From Fidelibacterota bacterium (GTDB taxonomy: Bacteria > Fidelibacterota > Marinisomatia > Marinisomatales > UBA1611): a DNA stretch of 48,851 bases. The notes under the pieces were generated by a model that saw only the letters and a program-made list of their open reading frames with translations, did not search any database and was not told the DNA's origin. Positions within the stretch are counted from its first letter, which is position 1. Each line of letters opens with the position of its first letter. The position numbers were made by a program, and so were the translations under genes. Positions 40,740-48,851 of the stretch are shown one piece after another. The stretch spans positions 1 to 48,851 of the forward strand of contig JABHGY010000108.1 of assembly GCA_018671775.1 (NCBI GenBank), given 5' to 3'.

Positions 40740-42086
40740 TTAAAATTCTTTTCTTAATCGAGCTACAGGATAACCCAATTGATCTCTGTATTTCGCTACG
40801 GTTCTTCTAGCCATCTTGTAACCCACTTCAGCCAATCTTGTTCCTAATTCATCATCATTCAAAGGCGATTTTTTATCTTCCGCCAAAATGATTTTTTCCA
40901 ATGCAATTTTGATGATATAGTTTGATACAACGCGTCCATCATCTAAAGAAACCGCATCAGAAAAAAAATGTTTCAGTTCAAAAACACCGTAAGGGGTGTC
41001 CACGAACTTACCGCGAGTTGAGCGACTTATTGTGGATATATCCATCTTAATTATATCCGCAATATCTTGTAATACCATAGGCTGGAGATGTTCGATGTTC
41101 CCCTTAAAAAATTCTGTTTGCTTCTCAATGATGGTCTTCATCACATTCAACATGGTGCGACGTCTTTGGTTTACCGCATCCACAAACCAGTGAGCCGAAT
41201 CCAACTTTTCTTTCATGAATTTTTTTGTTTCGGCTGTAATAGATTTCTGATCCAAAGCGCCTGCATACTCTTGATTCACGCGCACTTCCGGAATACCGCC
41301 ATCATTGGTGGTAATACGCCAGCCATCATTTTCTTCTCTAACAATCAAATCTGGAATCACCACTTGATAGCGATCTTGAAGCCCTTCTCCTGGACGAGGA
41401 TTTAATTGAGAAATCAGCTCAATCGCTTCTTGTAATGCTTCGTGAGAACATTTCGTTTTTGTCTGAATTTTTTCATAACGCTTGTGCATAAAATCTTCAA
41501 ACAAATAATGAACGATTTTCCACGCTAAAGATGCTTCATCATCCTCCAACTGAACGAGCAAACATTCTTGAATATTTCGAGAACCTAAACCTTTTGGTTC
41601 AAGACGTTGGACAACTTTGAGAATATCTTCAATATCTTCATCTTTTTTTCCAAATCGATCCGCAATTAGAATCAGTTCTGTATCTAAATATCCACGGTCA
41701 TTTACATTCCAAATGATTTCTTCCGCAATTTCGACTTCAAGTTCAGAAAGGCCAGTATCATCCAACTGAGCAATCACATCTTCCAAAAAACTATGGCTTT
41801 CTGCTAAAGGACCGTATTCTTTTTCTTCTTGTTTGTTATAAGAAAAATCATCTTCATAAACTTCTTTTTCAGTCAAATCTAGCGCATCTAAAAGCGATTC
41901 ATCTTCCGAATTTACATCTTCTGAAGTGTCCGTTTCTACTTGCTCCAATAAGGGATTAAGTTCCAACTCATCCAAAATGGCTTGCTCTAAATTGATAGCA
42001 TTCAATTGAAGAAGTTTTGCTTGTAAAACTTGCGTTGGCGAAAGCTTCTGTTTTTGAGCTAAGACTTGTTTTAGATGGGTTGCCAT
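40740..42086 (-). CDS. rpoN: RNA polymerase sigma-54 factor
   Basis: RpoN box ARRTVAKYR; STISR helix-turn-helix; NPLLE. Confidence 0.96.
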   Translation of the reverse strand: MATHLKQVLAQKQKLSPTQVLQAKLLQLNAINLEQAILDELELNPLLEQVETDTSEDVNSEDESLLDALDLTEKEVYEDDFSYNKQEEKEYGPLAESHSFLEDVIAQLDDTGLSELEVEIAEEIIWNVNDRGYLDTELILIADRFGKKDEDIEDILKVVQRLEPKGLGSRNIQECLLVQLEDDEASLAWKIVHYLFEDFMHKRYEKIQTKTKCSHEALQEAIELISQLNPRPGEGLQDRYQVVIPDLIVREENDGWRITTNDGGIPEVRVNQEYAGALDQKSITAETKKFMKEKLDSAHWFVDAVNQRRRTMLNVMKTIIEKQTEFFKGNIEHLQPMVLQDIADIIKMDISTISRSTRGKFVDTPYGVFELKHFFSDAVSLDDGRVVSNYIIKIALEKIILAEDKKSPLNDDELGTRLAEVGYKMARRTVAKYRDQLGYPVARLRKEF

Positions 42087-42820
42087 TAGTCCAATCTAAA
42101 TTTTGCGCCTAAATATAAACGACGTGCTTCTTCATCATTTGCTAAGGATTCAGAGCTTCCTGTTTTCAATACTTTTCCTTCAAACAATAGATAAGAACGA
42201 TCCGTAATCGACAAAGTTTCTCTCACATTATGATCTGTAATCAAAACGCCAATATTTTTTTCTTTGAGAGAGCGAACGATGGATTGAATGTCTTCTACCG
42301 CAATCGGATCCACACCAGCAAACGGTTCATCCAAAAGGATAAAATCTGGATCCATGGCCAAAGCACGACTGATTTCCACTCGTCGCCTTTCTCCACCGGA
42401 AAGAGTATTCCCTTTGCTTTTTCGTAAATGAGCAATAGATAATTCGTCCAATAATTTTTCCATCTTTTCATTTTGCTCCGATGATGATAAATCACTCCGC
42501 ATTTCCAAGACAAGTTTCAAATTATCTTCTACCGACAATTTTCCGAAAATGGACGGTTCTTGCGCTAAATAGCCTACGCCAGCCCGAGCCCGCTTATACA
42601 TAGGTTCATCCGTAATTTTTTTTTCATCTAAAAAGATATTCCCAAAAGTAGGTTTTACCATGCCTGTAATCATATAAAATGTAGTCGTTTTTCCTGCGCC
42701 ATTCGGACCGAGTAATCCAACAATTTCTCCCTTATTTACGGAAATATCTACATCTTGGACCACCATACGATTTCCATATTTTTTGGATATATTTTTTGCG
42801 CTGAGTGTTTGATTCTTCAT
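42086..42820 (-). CDS. lptB: LPS export ABC ATPase
   Basis: GPNGAGKTT, LSGGERRRVEI, LLDEPFAGVDP, ITDHNVRETL. ATG 42820 overlaps the lptC stop. Confidence 0.96.
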   Translation of the reverse strand: MKNQTLSAKNISKKYGNRMVVQDVDISVNKGEIVGLLGPNGAGKTTTFYMITGMVKPTFGNIFLDEKKITDEPMYKRARAGVGYLAQEPSIFGKLSVEDNLKLVLEMRSDLSSSEQNEKMEKLLDELSIAHLRKSKGNTLSGGERRRVEISRALAMDPDFILLDEPFAGVDPIAVEDIQSIVRSLKEKNIGVLITDHNVRETLSITDRSYLLFEGKVLKTGSSESLANDEEARRLYLGAKFRLD

Positions 42821-43365
42821 TTTTTCAACTCTCGATTGCTCACGCCTGAAGGCTTTAAAATTTTCCAATGATTTAGATCAGAATCAGATTCAAATCCCAC
42901 GCCATACAAAGTATCTGCATATTGGGTTGTCAACATAATCGAATCTTTCGTAAACATAATTTCCTTTTTCGAATCCCAAGTCAGTGTATCTGTATAAAGT
43001 GTCATTCCGCTATCAGAGATAGCCACAACCTGACCCATCGCCACCATATCATTGGATTTCTGATCCACTTCAGCACGTATTGCTTTCAAATTGGACGTGT
43101 GATTTTCCTCTCCATCAAAAAAATCGATGACCACACCACTATCCAAAAGCGCGAATTGCTTTTCATGATATTTTTCGAGATGTCCCGCACGAATTTTGGC
43201 CGTTAGACTGCCTTCATCACTCAAATATATGGTCACATTCCAACCCTCTTGATCTGGCCCTTTTTCCTGGATTTCCATATCGTTCATTTCAATCGGTTTT
43301 TCGCAAGCCATGAAAATCAGCCCAACAAATAGAGGCATCTTGGTAATTATATTTTTGAATTGCAT
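42817..43365 (-). CDS. lptC: LPS export periplasmic protein LptC
   Basis: LYTDTLTWD, GVGFESD beta-jellyroll motifs; lipobox-like IFMAC; lies between kdsC and lptB. Confidence 0.85.
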   Translation of the reverse strand: MQFKNIITKMPLFVGLIFMACEKPIEMNDMEIQEKGPDQEGWNVTIYLSDEGSLTAKIRAGHLEKYHEKQFALLDSGVVIDFFDGEENHTSNLKAIRAEVDQKSNDMVAMGQVVAISDSGMTLYTDTLTWDSKKEIMFTKDSIMLTTQYADTLYGVGFESDSDLNHWKILKPSGVSNRELKK

Positions 43366-43383
43366 GAGAGAATTTCGTAAATC

Positions 43384-43926
43384 CTATTCTTCATTATTGA
43401 ACGTGCTAACCGCTTCACGCAATTGGATAAGCACATCTTCGTATCGTCCTTGCTCCTTTAATATCCAATCCACTGCTTCCCGAAAAGCCCCTTCTCCACC
43501 TGCTTTTTCTGTCACATAAACTGCCAACTCTTTTACCAAAGGATATGCATCAGAAACAGAAATAGCTGTGCCTACTTTTTCCATAACAGGCATATCAATC
43601 ATATCATCTCCAATAAAAGCAATTTCATCATCGTCTAATTGGTATTTTTTTTTAAGGGCTTCATAGGGAATCAATTTATTCAAAGTGCCATTATAAACGT
43701 CTTGAATTTTGAGCTCTTTTGCTCGTGCTTCGGTGGCTTTAGAAAATCGTCCTGAGATAAATGCGACCTTCAAATCTGCCATTCGCGCTACTGCCATGCC
43801 CGCACCATCCAAAACAGAAAATCGTTTAAACTCTTCTCCCGTTCCATTGAGAAAAATCGTTCCATCTGTCCAAACGCCATCTACATCGGAAATAATCAAT
43901 TTTATTTTTTGAACAGACGAATTCAT
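43384..43926 (-). CDS. kdsC: KDO-8-phosphate phosphatase (HAD family)
   Basis: DVDGVWTDG, FIGDDMID, GGEGAFRE. Confidence 0.9.
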   Translation of the reverse strand: MNSSVQKIKLIISDVDGVWTDGTIFLNGTGEEFKRFSVLDGAGMAVARMADLKVAFISGRFSKATEARAKELKIQDVYNGTLNKLIPYEALKKKYQLDDDEIAFIGDDMIDMPVMEKVGTAISVSDAYPLVKELAVYVTEKAGGEGAFREAVDWILKEQGRYEDVLIQLREAVSTFNNEE

Positions 43927-43928
43927 GT

Positions 43929-45551
43929 TTATTTTAATGAATCATACTTTAGTGTGGCCGCAATAAAATTCCGAAACAAAGGATGAGCTCGATTGACGCG
44001 ACTTTTTAATTCTGGATGAAATTGCCCTGCAACAAACCAAGGATGATTAGGCAATTCCACGGCCTCCACAACGCCCAATTCTTTATTCTCGCCAGAAAAA
44101 ATTAATCCTTTTTTCTCTAGTCTTGCTCTATATCGATTGTTCACTTCATACCGATGGCGATGTCTTTCCGAAATATTTTTCTTTCGATAGGCGGCGTAGG
44201 TTTTTGTTCCCGTTTTAAGTGTGCAATCATAAGCGCCCAAACGCATGGTGCCACCTTTAATTTTAATTGCTCGCTGAGATTCCATCAAGTCTATCACGGG
44301 GTGAGCTGTCTTCGGATTAAATTCTGTTGAATTAGCATCTTTGAGTCCACAAACATGGCGAGCAAAATCAATCACGGCACACTGGAGTCCGAGGCAAATT
44401 CCTAAAAATGGGACATGGTTTTCGCGGGCATATTTGGATGCCAATATTTTTCCTTCTGATCCACGAGATCCAAATCCAGGGAGAAGCAGAATGCCTTGCA
44501 CATTTTTGAACGCTTTTTCTGCAGAGTCATCATCCACAATTTTTTCGGTTTTAATCCATTTGATTTTGACACGTGCTGCATTTTCTACGCCCGCATGGAT
44601 AAAAGATTCGATGACACTCTTATATGCATCTAATAACTCCGTATATTTCCCACACATGGCAATGCTTACTTCATTGGCAGGGTTTTTGAAATTATGGATA
44701 AAATCTTCTAAGTGGGAAACATCCATTTCTTTATCCAATTGAAAACGATTGTTGATGATGTCACCTACGCCTTGCTCATGCAAAACCAAAGGGACTTCGT
44801 AAATGCTTTCCAAGTCTCGCCCTTCAAGCACATGATCTGGACGCACATTGCAAAAAAGGGCTATTTTATCTCGAACTGATTTCTCAACAGCATATTCGGA
44901 GCGGCACAAAATAATATCAGGTGATAAACCAATTTCGCGTAATTTCATGACTGAATGTTGCGTCGGTTTAGATTTGAGTTCACCACTCGCTTTGATAAAA
45001 GGTAACAAAGTAACATGCACCAAAATATGATTGTGATAACCTGATTCTAAGGATAATTGACGAATCGCTTCCATAAAAGGCAAACTCTCAATATCGCCTA
45101 CGGTTCCGCCCACTTCACAAATAACAATATCATATTTTTTCGGTTGATTAACTGCCTTAATCCGATCAATAATTTCGTTGGTGATATGAGGAATAACCTG
45201 AACCGTTTCTCCCAGATATTCCCCTTTTCGTTCTCGCTCTAAAACATTGCTATAAATTTGTCCTGCAGTCGCATTGTTGTTCTTGGTCATATTTACATCA
45301 ATAAATCGTTCATAATGTCCCAAGTCTAAATCTGTTTCTGAGCCATCATCTAAGACAAAAACTTCTCCATGTTGATATGGATTCATGGTTCCTGGATCAA
45401 TATTGAGATAAGGATCGAGTTTAAGGATTGTAACACGTAAACCGGCGGATTTCAACAGATATCCAATGGAAGAGGCTGCAATGCCTTTTCCTAAACCAGA
45501 CATGACGCCCCCAAGGACAAATATATATTTGGTTTGTTTTTTGTTCGCCAC
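43929..45551 (-). CDS. pyrG: CTP synthase
   Basis: GGVMSGLGKG, KPTQHSV, GICLGLQ, RHRHRYE, QFHPE. Confidence 0.98.
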   Translation of the reverse strand: MANKKQTKYIFVLGGVMSGLGKGIAASSIGYLLKSAGLRVTILKLDPYLNIDPGTMNPYQHGEVFVLDDGSETDLDLGHYERFIDVNMTKNNNATAGQIYSNVLERERKGEYLGETVQVIPHITNEIIDRIKAVNQPKKYDIVICEVGGTVGDIESLPFMEAIRQLSLESGYHNHILVHVTLLPFIKASGELKSKPTQHSVMKLREIGLSPDIILCRSEYAVEKSVRDKIALFCNVRPDHVLEGRDLESIYEVPLVLHEQGVGDIINNRFQLDKEMDVSHLEDFIHNFKNPANEVSIAMCGKYTELLDAYKSVIESFIHAGVENAARVKIKWIKTEKIVDDDSAEKAFKNVQGILLLPGFGSRGSEGKILASKYARENHVPFLGICLGLQCAVIDFARHVCGLKDANSTEFNPKTAHPVIDLMESQRAIKIKGGTMRLGAYDCTLKTGTKTYAAYRKKNISERHRHRYEVNNRYRARLEKKGLIFSGENKELGVVEAVELPNHPWFVAGQFHPELKSRVNRAHPLFRNFIAATLKYDSLK

Positions 45552-45562
45552 GATAAATTTTC

Positions 45563-45946
45563 CTATCGGCTCATGGCGCTATAAACACCGGTCACATAAG
45601 AAATCACCCAAAAAATATAGACAAATCGGTAAAAATTAAATTGACATTTTGAAAGTGCCCACGGCTCTTCATCTTTTGCTGTTTTCCAGCCCCAAATGAT
45701 AGAAACAAAAATTACAAATGCGCCAGCATATCCCAATAAGGAATGGGGCGTAAATGCTGATTGAGTTGAAATAGCTGCCATACACCACACCGCAATGACT
45801 TCTGAAACAAATCCACTAGACAATATAATGAGTTGTTTTTTTGTGAGCATCCTGGACTTTAATACAGGAATCAATGCTCGGGAATATAGAATCAGTGCTA
45901 ATGTTATCAAGAGTGCGCCAGCTAAAATAAAAAGAGATGTGTTCAT
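45563..45946 (-). CDS. Four-TM membrane protein, HsmA/TIGR03987-like
   Basis: ITLALILYS...TPHSLLG...YIFWVISYVTG pattern. Start at ATG 45946 is probable. Confidence 0.6.
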   Translation of the reverse strand: MNTSLFILAGALLITLALILYSRALIPVLKSRMLTKKQLIILSSGFVSEVIAVWCMAAISTQSAFTPHSLLGYAGAFVIFVSIIWGWKTAKDEEPWALSKCQFNFYRFVYIFWVISYVTGVYSAMSR

Positions 45947-46066
45947 CAGATTAAGGGTCTCCCTGTTCGTTGTGAAAATCAATTTTCCAAAGGTAAACAG
46001 CTTCGAAACATGGCGCGAAATTAGACATAATAAGCACTAATCTCATTGTTTTTTAAGAGCAGAATC

Positions 46067-47488
46067 CTAATCCAACGCTTCTTTCATTTCCAAGAGATAC
46101 GATTTTGCTGCATCGTAAGTATTTTCAATCTCTCCGTCTAAAATGGCTTCTTCCACAGCAAGCTTGATGGCTCCAATCTGTCTCCCTTCTGTTAAAGAAA
46201 AAATCTCCATAATTTCGTTTCCTTTAACAGGAGATTGAAAAGCTTTCATCGCATCCCGTTCAGTCACATTCGCCATTTTTGATTCCACAATATCAAAATT
46301 CTTGAGGTAACGCTTCACCTTATTGGGATTTTTCGTGGTGATATCCGCCCGACACAAAACCAACAAATCATCTACTTGCTCTCCAGCCGAGACCATTAAT
46401 CTCCGCACGGCAGAATCAGTCACTTCGCCTTTCGCCAAAGCAATAGGACGTAAATGCAATAAAGTCATATTCACTAAATAATTTTGCAATTCATTTGATA
46501 GCTTCATCCGTTTTGCTACTTTTTTTAAAATGCGGGCGCCTACCTCACTGTGTCCATGAAAGGTATATCCTTTTTTCGGATCAATTCTTCGTGTATGCGG
46601 TTTGGCAATATCATGTACTAAAGCAGCAAATCGAATTTCCATTTTGTCCGTCAATTTCGCCGAATTATCCACCACCTGCATGGTATGAGTATAAATATCT
46701 TTGTGATGCCATTCGGACGTTTGTTCCAAGCCAATCATATTGTCAATTTCAGGGAAAATAAATTTCAGCAAACCTGTTTTCTGGAGAATATCTATTCCAA
46801 TAGACGGTTTGGGCGTTTTTAAAATTTTGGTAAGTTCGGTGGTTTTCCGTTCCCAAGAGACAATATCGATTCTTTTGGCTTGACGCTTAATGGAATTCAA
46901 TCCAGCCGAATCTATCTCAAAACCCAGCTTAGACGCGAAATATGCGGCGCGCATCATGCGAAGTGGATCTTCGGAAAAGGTGCTATCTGGATCCAGCGGA
47001 GTCAACAACTTTTTCGCTTCAATATCTTTCATACCATCAAAAGGATCGTGCAATTCACCAAAATGTTCAGGACGGATGTCCACCGCCATGGCATTGACCG
47101 TAAAATCACGACGAAGCAAATCGCCTTTCAAATCCGTATAAATGACTTCACTCGGCTTTCGTGAATCATCTCTATAGGATTCACTGCGCGCTGAAGCAAT
47201 TTCGATTTGGATGATTTCATTTGGAATCAGGGCTGTTCCAAATTTTTCAAATGGAACCACTTTTCCCATCTTGAGCTTTTGAGCTAATACCTTTGCAAAT
47301 GCAATCCCATCGCCCACCACCATCATATCAATATCATTTAATCGATTTCCCATAATCAGATCTCGGACAAACCCGCCCACAAGATAGACTTCCACATTTA
47401 AAGATGAAGCGAGTTGGCCTGCGGTTTCAAGAATGGACAGACAGCTTTGTGCACTTTTATGATTTAATAAATCTTTGATATTTTCCAT
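46067..47488 (-). CDS. cca: CCA-adding tRNA nucleotidyltransferase with HD domain
   Basis: VGGFVRD, DIDM, DLLRRDFTVNAMA, EDPLRMMRA, ALVHDIAK. Confidence 0.9.
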   Translation of the reverse strand: MENIKDLLNHKSAQSCLSILETAGQLASSLNVEVYLVGGFVRDLIMGNRLNDIDMMVVGDGIAFAKVLAQKLKMGKVVPFEKFGTALIPNEIIQIEIASARSESYRDDSRKPSEVIYTDLKGDLLRRDFTVNAMAVDIRPEHFGELHDPFDGMKDIEAKKLLTPLDPDSTFSEDPLRMMRAAYFASKLGFEIDSAGLNSIKRQAKRIDIVSWERKTTELTKILKTPKPSIGIDILQKTGLLKFIFPEIDNMIGLEQTSEWHHKDIYTHTMQVVDNSAKLTDKMEIRFAALVHDIAKPHTRRIDPKKGYTFHGHSEVGARILKKVAKRMKLSNELQNYLVNMTLLHLRPIALAKGEVTDSAVRRLMVSAGEQVDDLLVLCRADITTKNPNKVKRYLKNFDIVESKMANVTERDAMKAFQSPVKGNEIMEIFSLTEGRQIGAIKLAVEEAILDGEIENTYDAAKSYLLEMKEALD

Positions 47489-47546
47489 GATTATAAATTA
47501 CTCCGAAAAATATTATTTATGAACCCAGTTCTGTCCAAAATAATTT

Positions 47547-47649
47547 TGGCATTCCGCACGAGGAACGAGATGTGAAATCTATCTAAAGATTGTCAGTCAC
47601 GCTTAAAGTGGATTCCGAATATTTACATTCTTAACATTTTGAAATGACA
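47547..47649. repeat. Degenerate pair of the same REP-like palindromes
   Basis: TGGCATTCCGCACGAG(GAACGAG)ATGTGAAATCTA (47547-47581) matches the reverse complement of 30306-30333; TGGATTCCG...GAAATGACA at 47609-47649. Confidence 0.7.
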
Positions 47650-47757
47650 GCTATTTCTTATTGAGGCGATTTAAAACGTTTTGGTAAATGTGTTGTGAAC
47701 GGAAGCTTATCATTTTATTCTTGTAGGTGTCTTCGAATTTACCCCAATTTTGCATCG

Positions 47758-48609
47758 ATGAAATTCTCTGTATTGAAACGCTTTACCTTCACTTTCTTTT
47801 TTCTTTCCATTGCCTTAGGACAATTTGGAAAAATTAATATATCTTTTGATGAACAATTGCTCCGTGGGGATGAAAGACAAGAAATTTATCAACTCAAAGA
47901 TGATATTCGACGTTTTATTATCGGCACAAGATGGAGTGAAGAATTCAACGATTTGCAGATTCCGCTTCATATTCAGATGATTTTTGAAGGTGTTTCCGTT
48001 AAAAGTGGACAAAAAATATTTTTGTGTCAGGCTCTTTTTTCTAATGGAGGCGATCAACGTTATTTCGATAAAGGTCTCCAATTTAATTATACTTCAGGAT
48101 CAGCGCTTTATTACGACCCTGTGATTTTTGAACCCCTTTCTAGTTTTATTGCCTTTTATACAAACCTTATTTTGGCCAATGAAATTGATACTTACGAACT
48201 TCATGGGGGTGGAAAACATTATGAAATTTCTCGTGAAATTGCCTTTCGCGGACAAAGCTCTGATTTGAAAAAAGGGTGGGCTGCTCGGACAAATCTTGTG
48301 GATGATTTGACTTCAAACAATGGGCTCCGAAAAGCGCGACTTGCTTATTATTATGCCTTGGAATTATTTCAAGAGGGCGCCATAGATGAGGCGATTCAAG
48401 AATTTGAAAAGATGATTAATGGCTTAGATTTGGTTTATAAAGAATTTGGGCGCGAACGATATACGCTATTTTTCATGAAAATTCAGGCCAAAACCATTGC
48501 TGATATTTTTGCCATTCTGGGCAGAAAAGATTTTCTCTTAGATATGAAAGAATTAGATCCGGATCAACATGATATTTATCAATCGACGCTGGAATCTATA
48601 TCAAAATAA
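47758..48609 (+). CDS. DUF4835 family protein (PorD-like)
   Basis: Signal peptide; YFDKGLQFNY, PLSSFIAFYTNLILA, DTYELHGG, KGW motifs recalled from Bacteroidetes DUF4835. Confidence 0.68.
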   Translation: MKFSVLKRFTFTFFFLSIALGQFGKINISFDEQLLRGDERQEIYQLKDDIRRFIIGTRWSEEFNDLQIPLHIQMIFEGVSVKSGQKIFLCQALFSNGGDQRYFDKGLQFNYTSGSALYYDPVIFEPLSSFIAFYTNLILANEIDTYELHGGGKHYEISREIAFRGQSSDLKKGWAARTNLVDDLTSNNGLRKARLAYYYALELFQEGAIDEAIQEFEKMINGLDLVYKEFGRERYTLFFMKIQAKTIADIFAILGRKDFLLDMKELDPDQHDIYQSTLESISK

Positions 48610-48693
48610 TATGGGATTTAATCTAAATACAAACTTACAGTATAGCGCAGCATATAAGAGTAATATACTTCATATCTGCGGTATATTAACTAG

Positions 48694-48841
48694 TTGGTCG
48701 GTCGCTTTGCGCCCGACCAATGGCGAAACTGTAAACAGTCAGGGGGCCGGTTCGGCGCAAGCGCCTACCAACCCCCACTCGAACGGAAGAATCAAATGAA
48801 TGCTCAAGACCATCATTTAATCTCCGATCAGTTTCGCCATT
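48694..48841 (+). ncRNA. Structured ncRNA, 6S-Flavo-like
   Basis: 13-bp closing stem AATGGCGAAACTG (48719-48731) / CAGTTTCGCCATT (48829-48841) enclosing two hairpins; a 5' hairpin at 48694-48720; TATATT box at 48682-48687. Confidence 0.62.
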
Positions 48842-48851
48842 ATAAGGTGTT

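Noticed and set aside
48721-48750. Cobalamin riboswitch-like words (AACTGTAA, AGTCAGG)
   Set aside because: No upstream GGGAA or B12-box architecture, and these bases are explained by the closing stem
48569-48799. 76-aa ORF in the ORF track
   Set aside because: Overlaps the DUF4835 3' end and the structured RNA; no recognisable motif or RBS
48719-48841. Retron msr-msd interpretation of the terminal inverted-repeat RNA
   Set aside because: The a1/a2-like geometry fits, but there is no reverse transcriptase in the window and the motifs match 6S-Flavo better. It cannot be fully excluded because the window ends 10 nt later.

Overview
AT-rich bacterial chromosomal segment that is mostly housekeeping. 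Gene content (DUF4835, a T9SS-type C-terminal sorting domain, PGI/PMI isomerase, sigma-54) points to an FCB-group bacterium, plausibly Marinimicrobia (inference, not a database result). Core blocks: spmAB-NlpC/P60; rpmB; GNAT-dusB; pruA-sucCD-ndk; yceD-rpmF-plsX-fabHDG-acpP-fabF-rnc; pgm-ispA-pgi/pmi; murQ; prmA; metK-ahcY; argF; pyrG-kdsC-lptC-lptB-rpoN-hflKC; CCA-adding enzyme. The most interesting parts are: (1) a surface-protein operon at 22.5-27.7 kb with a cohesin-like lipoprotein, a 924-aa dockerin-bearing protein with a T9SS-type CTD, and a tiny PID-CTERM-like peptide; (2) an SAH riboswitch between metK and a Pseudomonas-type ahcY; (3) a structured ncRNA at the right edge resembling the 6S-Flavo motif; (4) a giant lipoprotein plus beta-barrel pair; (5) GTCAT/ATGAC-tagged REP-like palindromes at two loci; (6) a plant-like ornithine carbamoyltransferase. 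I saw no tRNA, rRNA, CRISPR array, transposase or reverse transcriptase. All family assignments come from motif recognition by eye.
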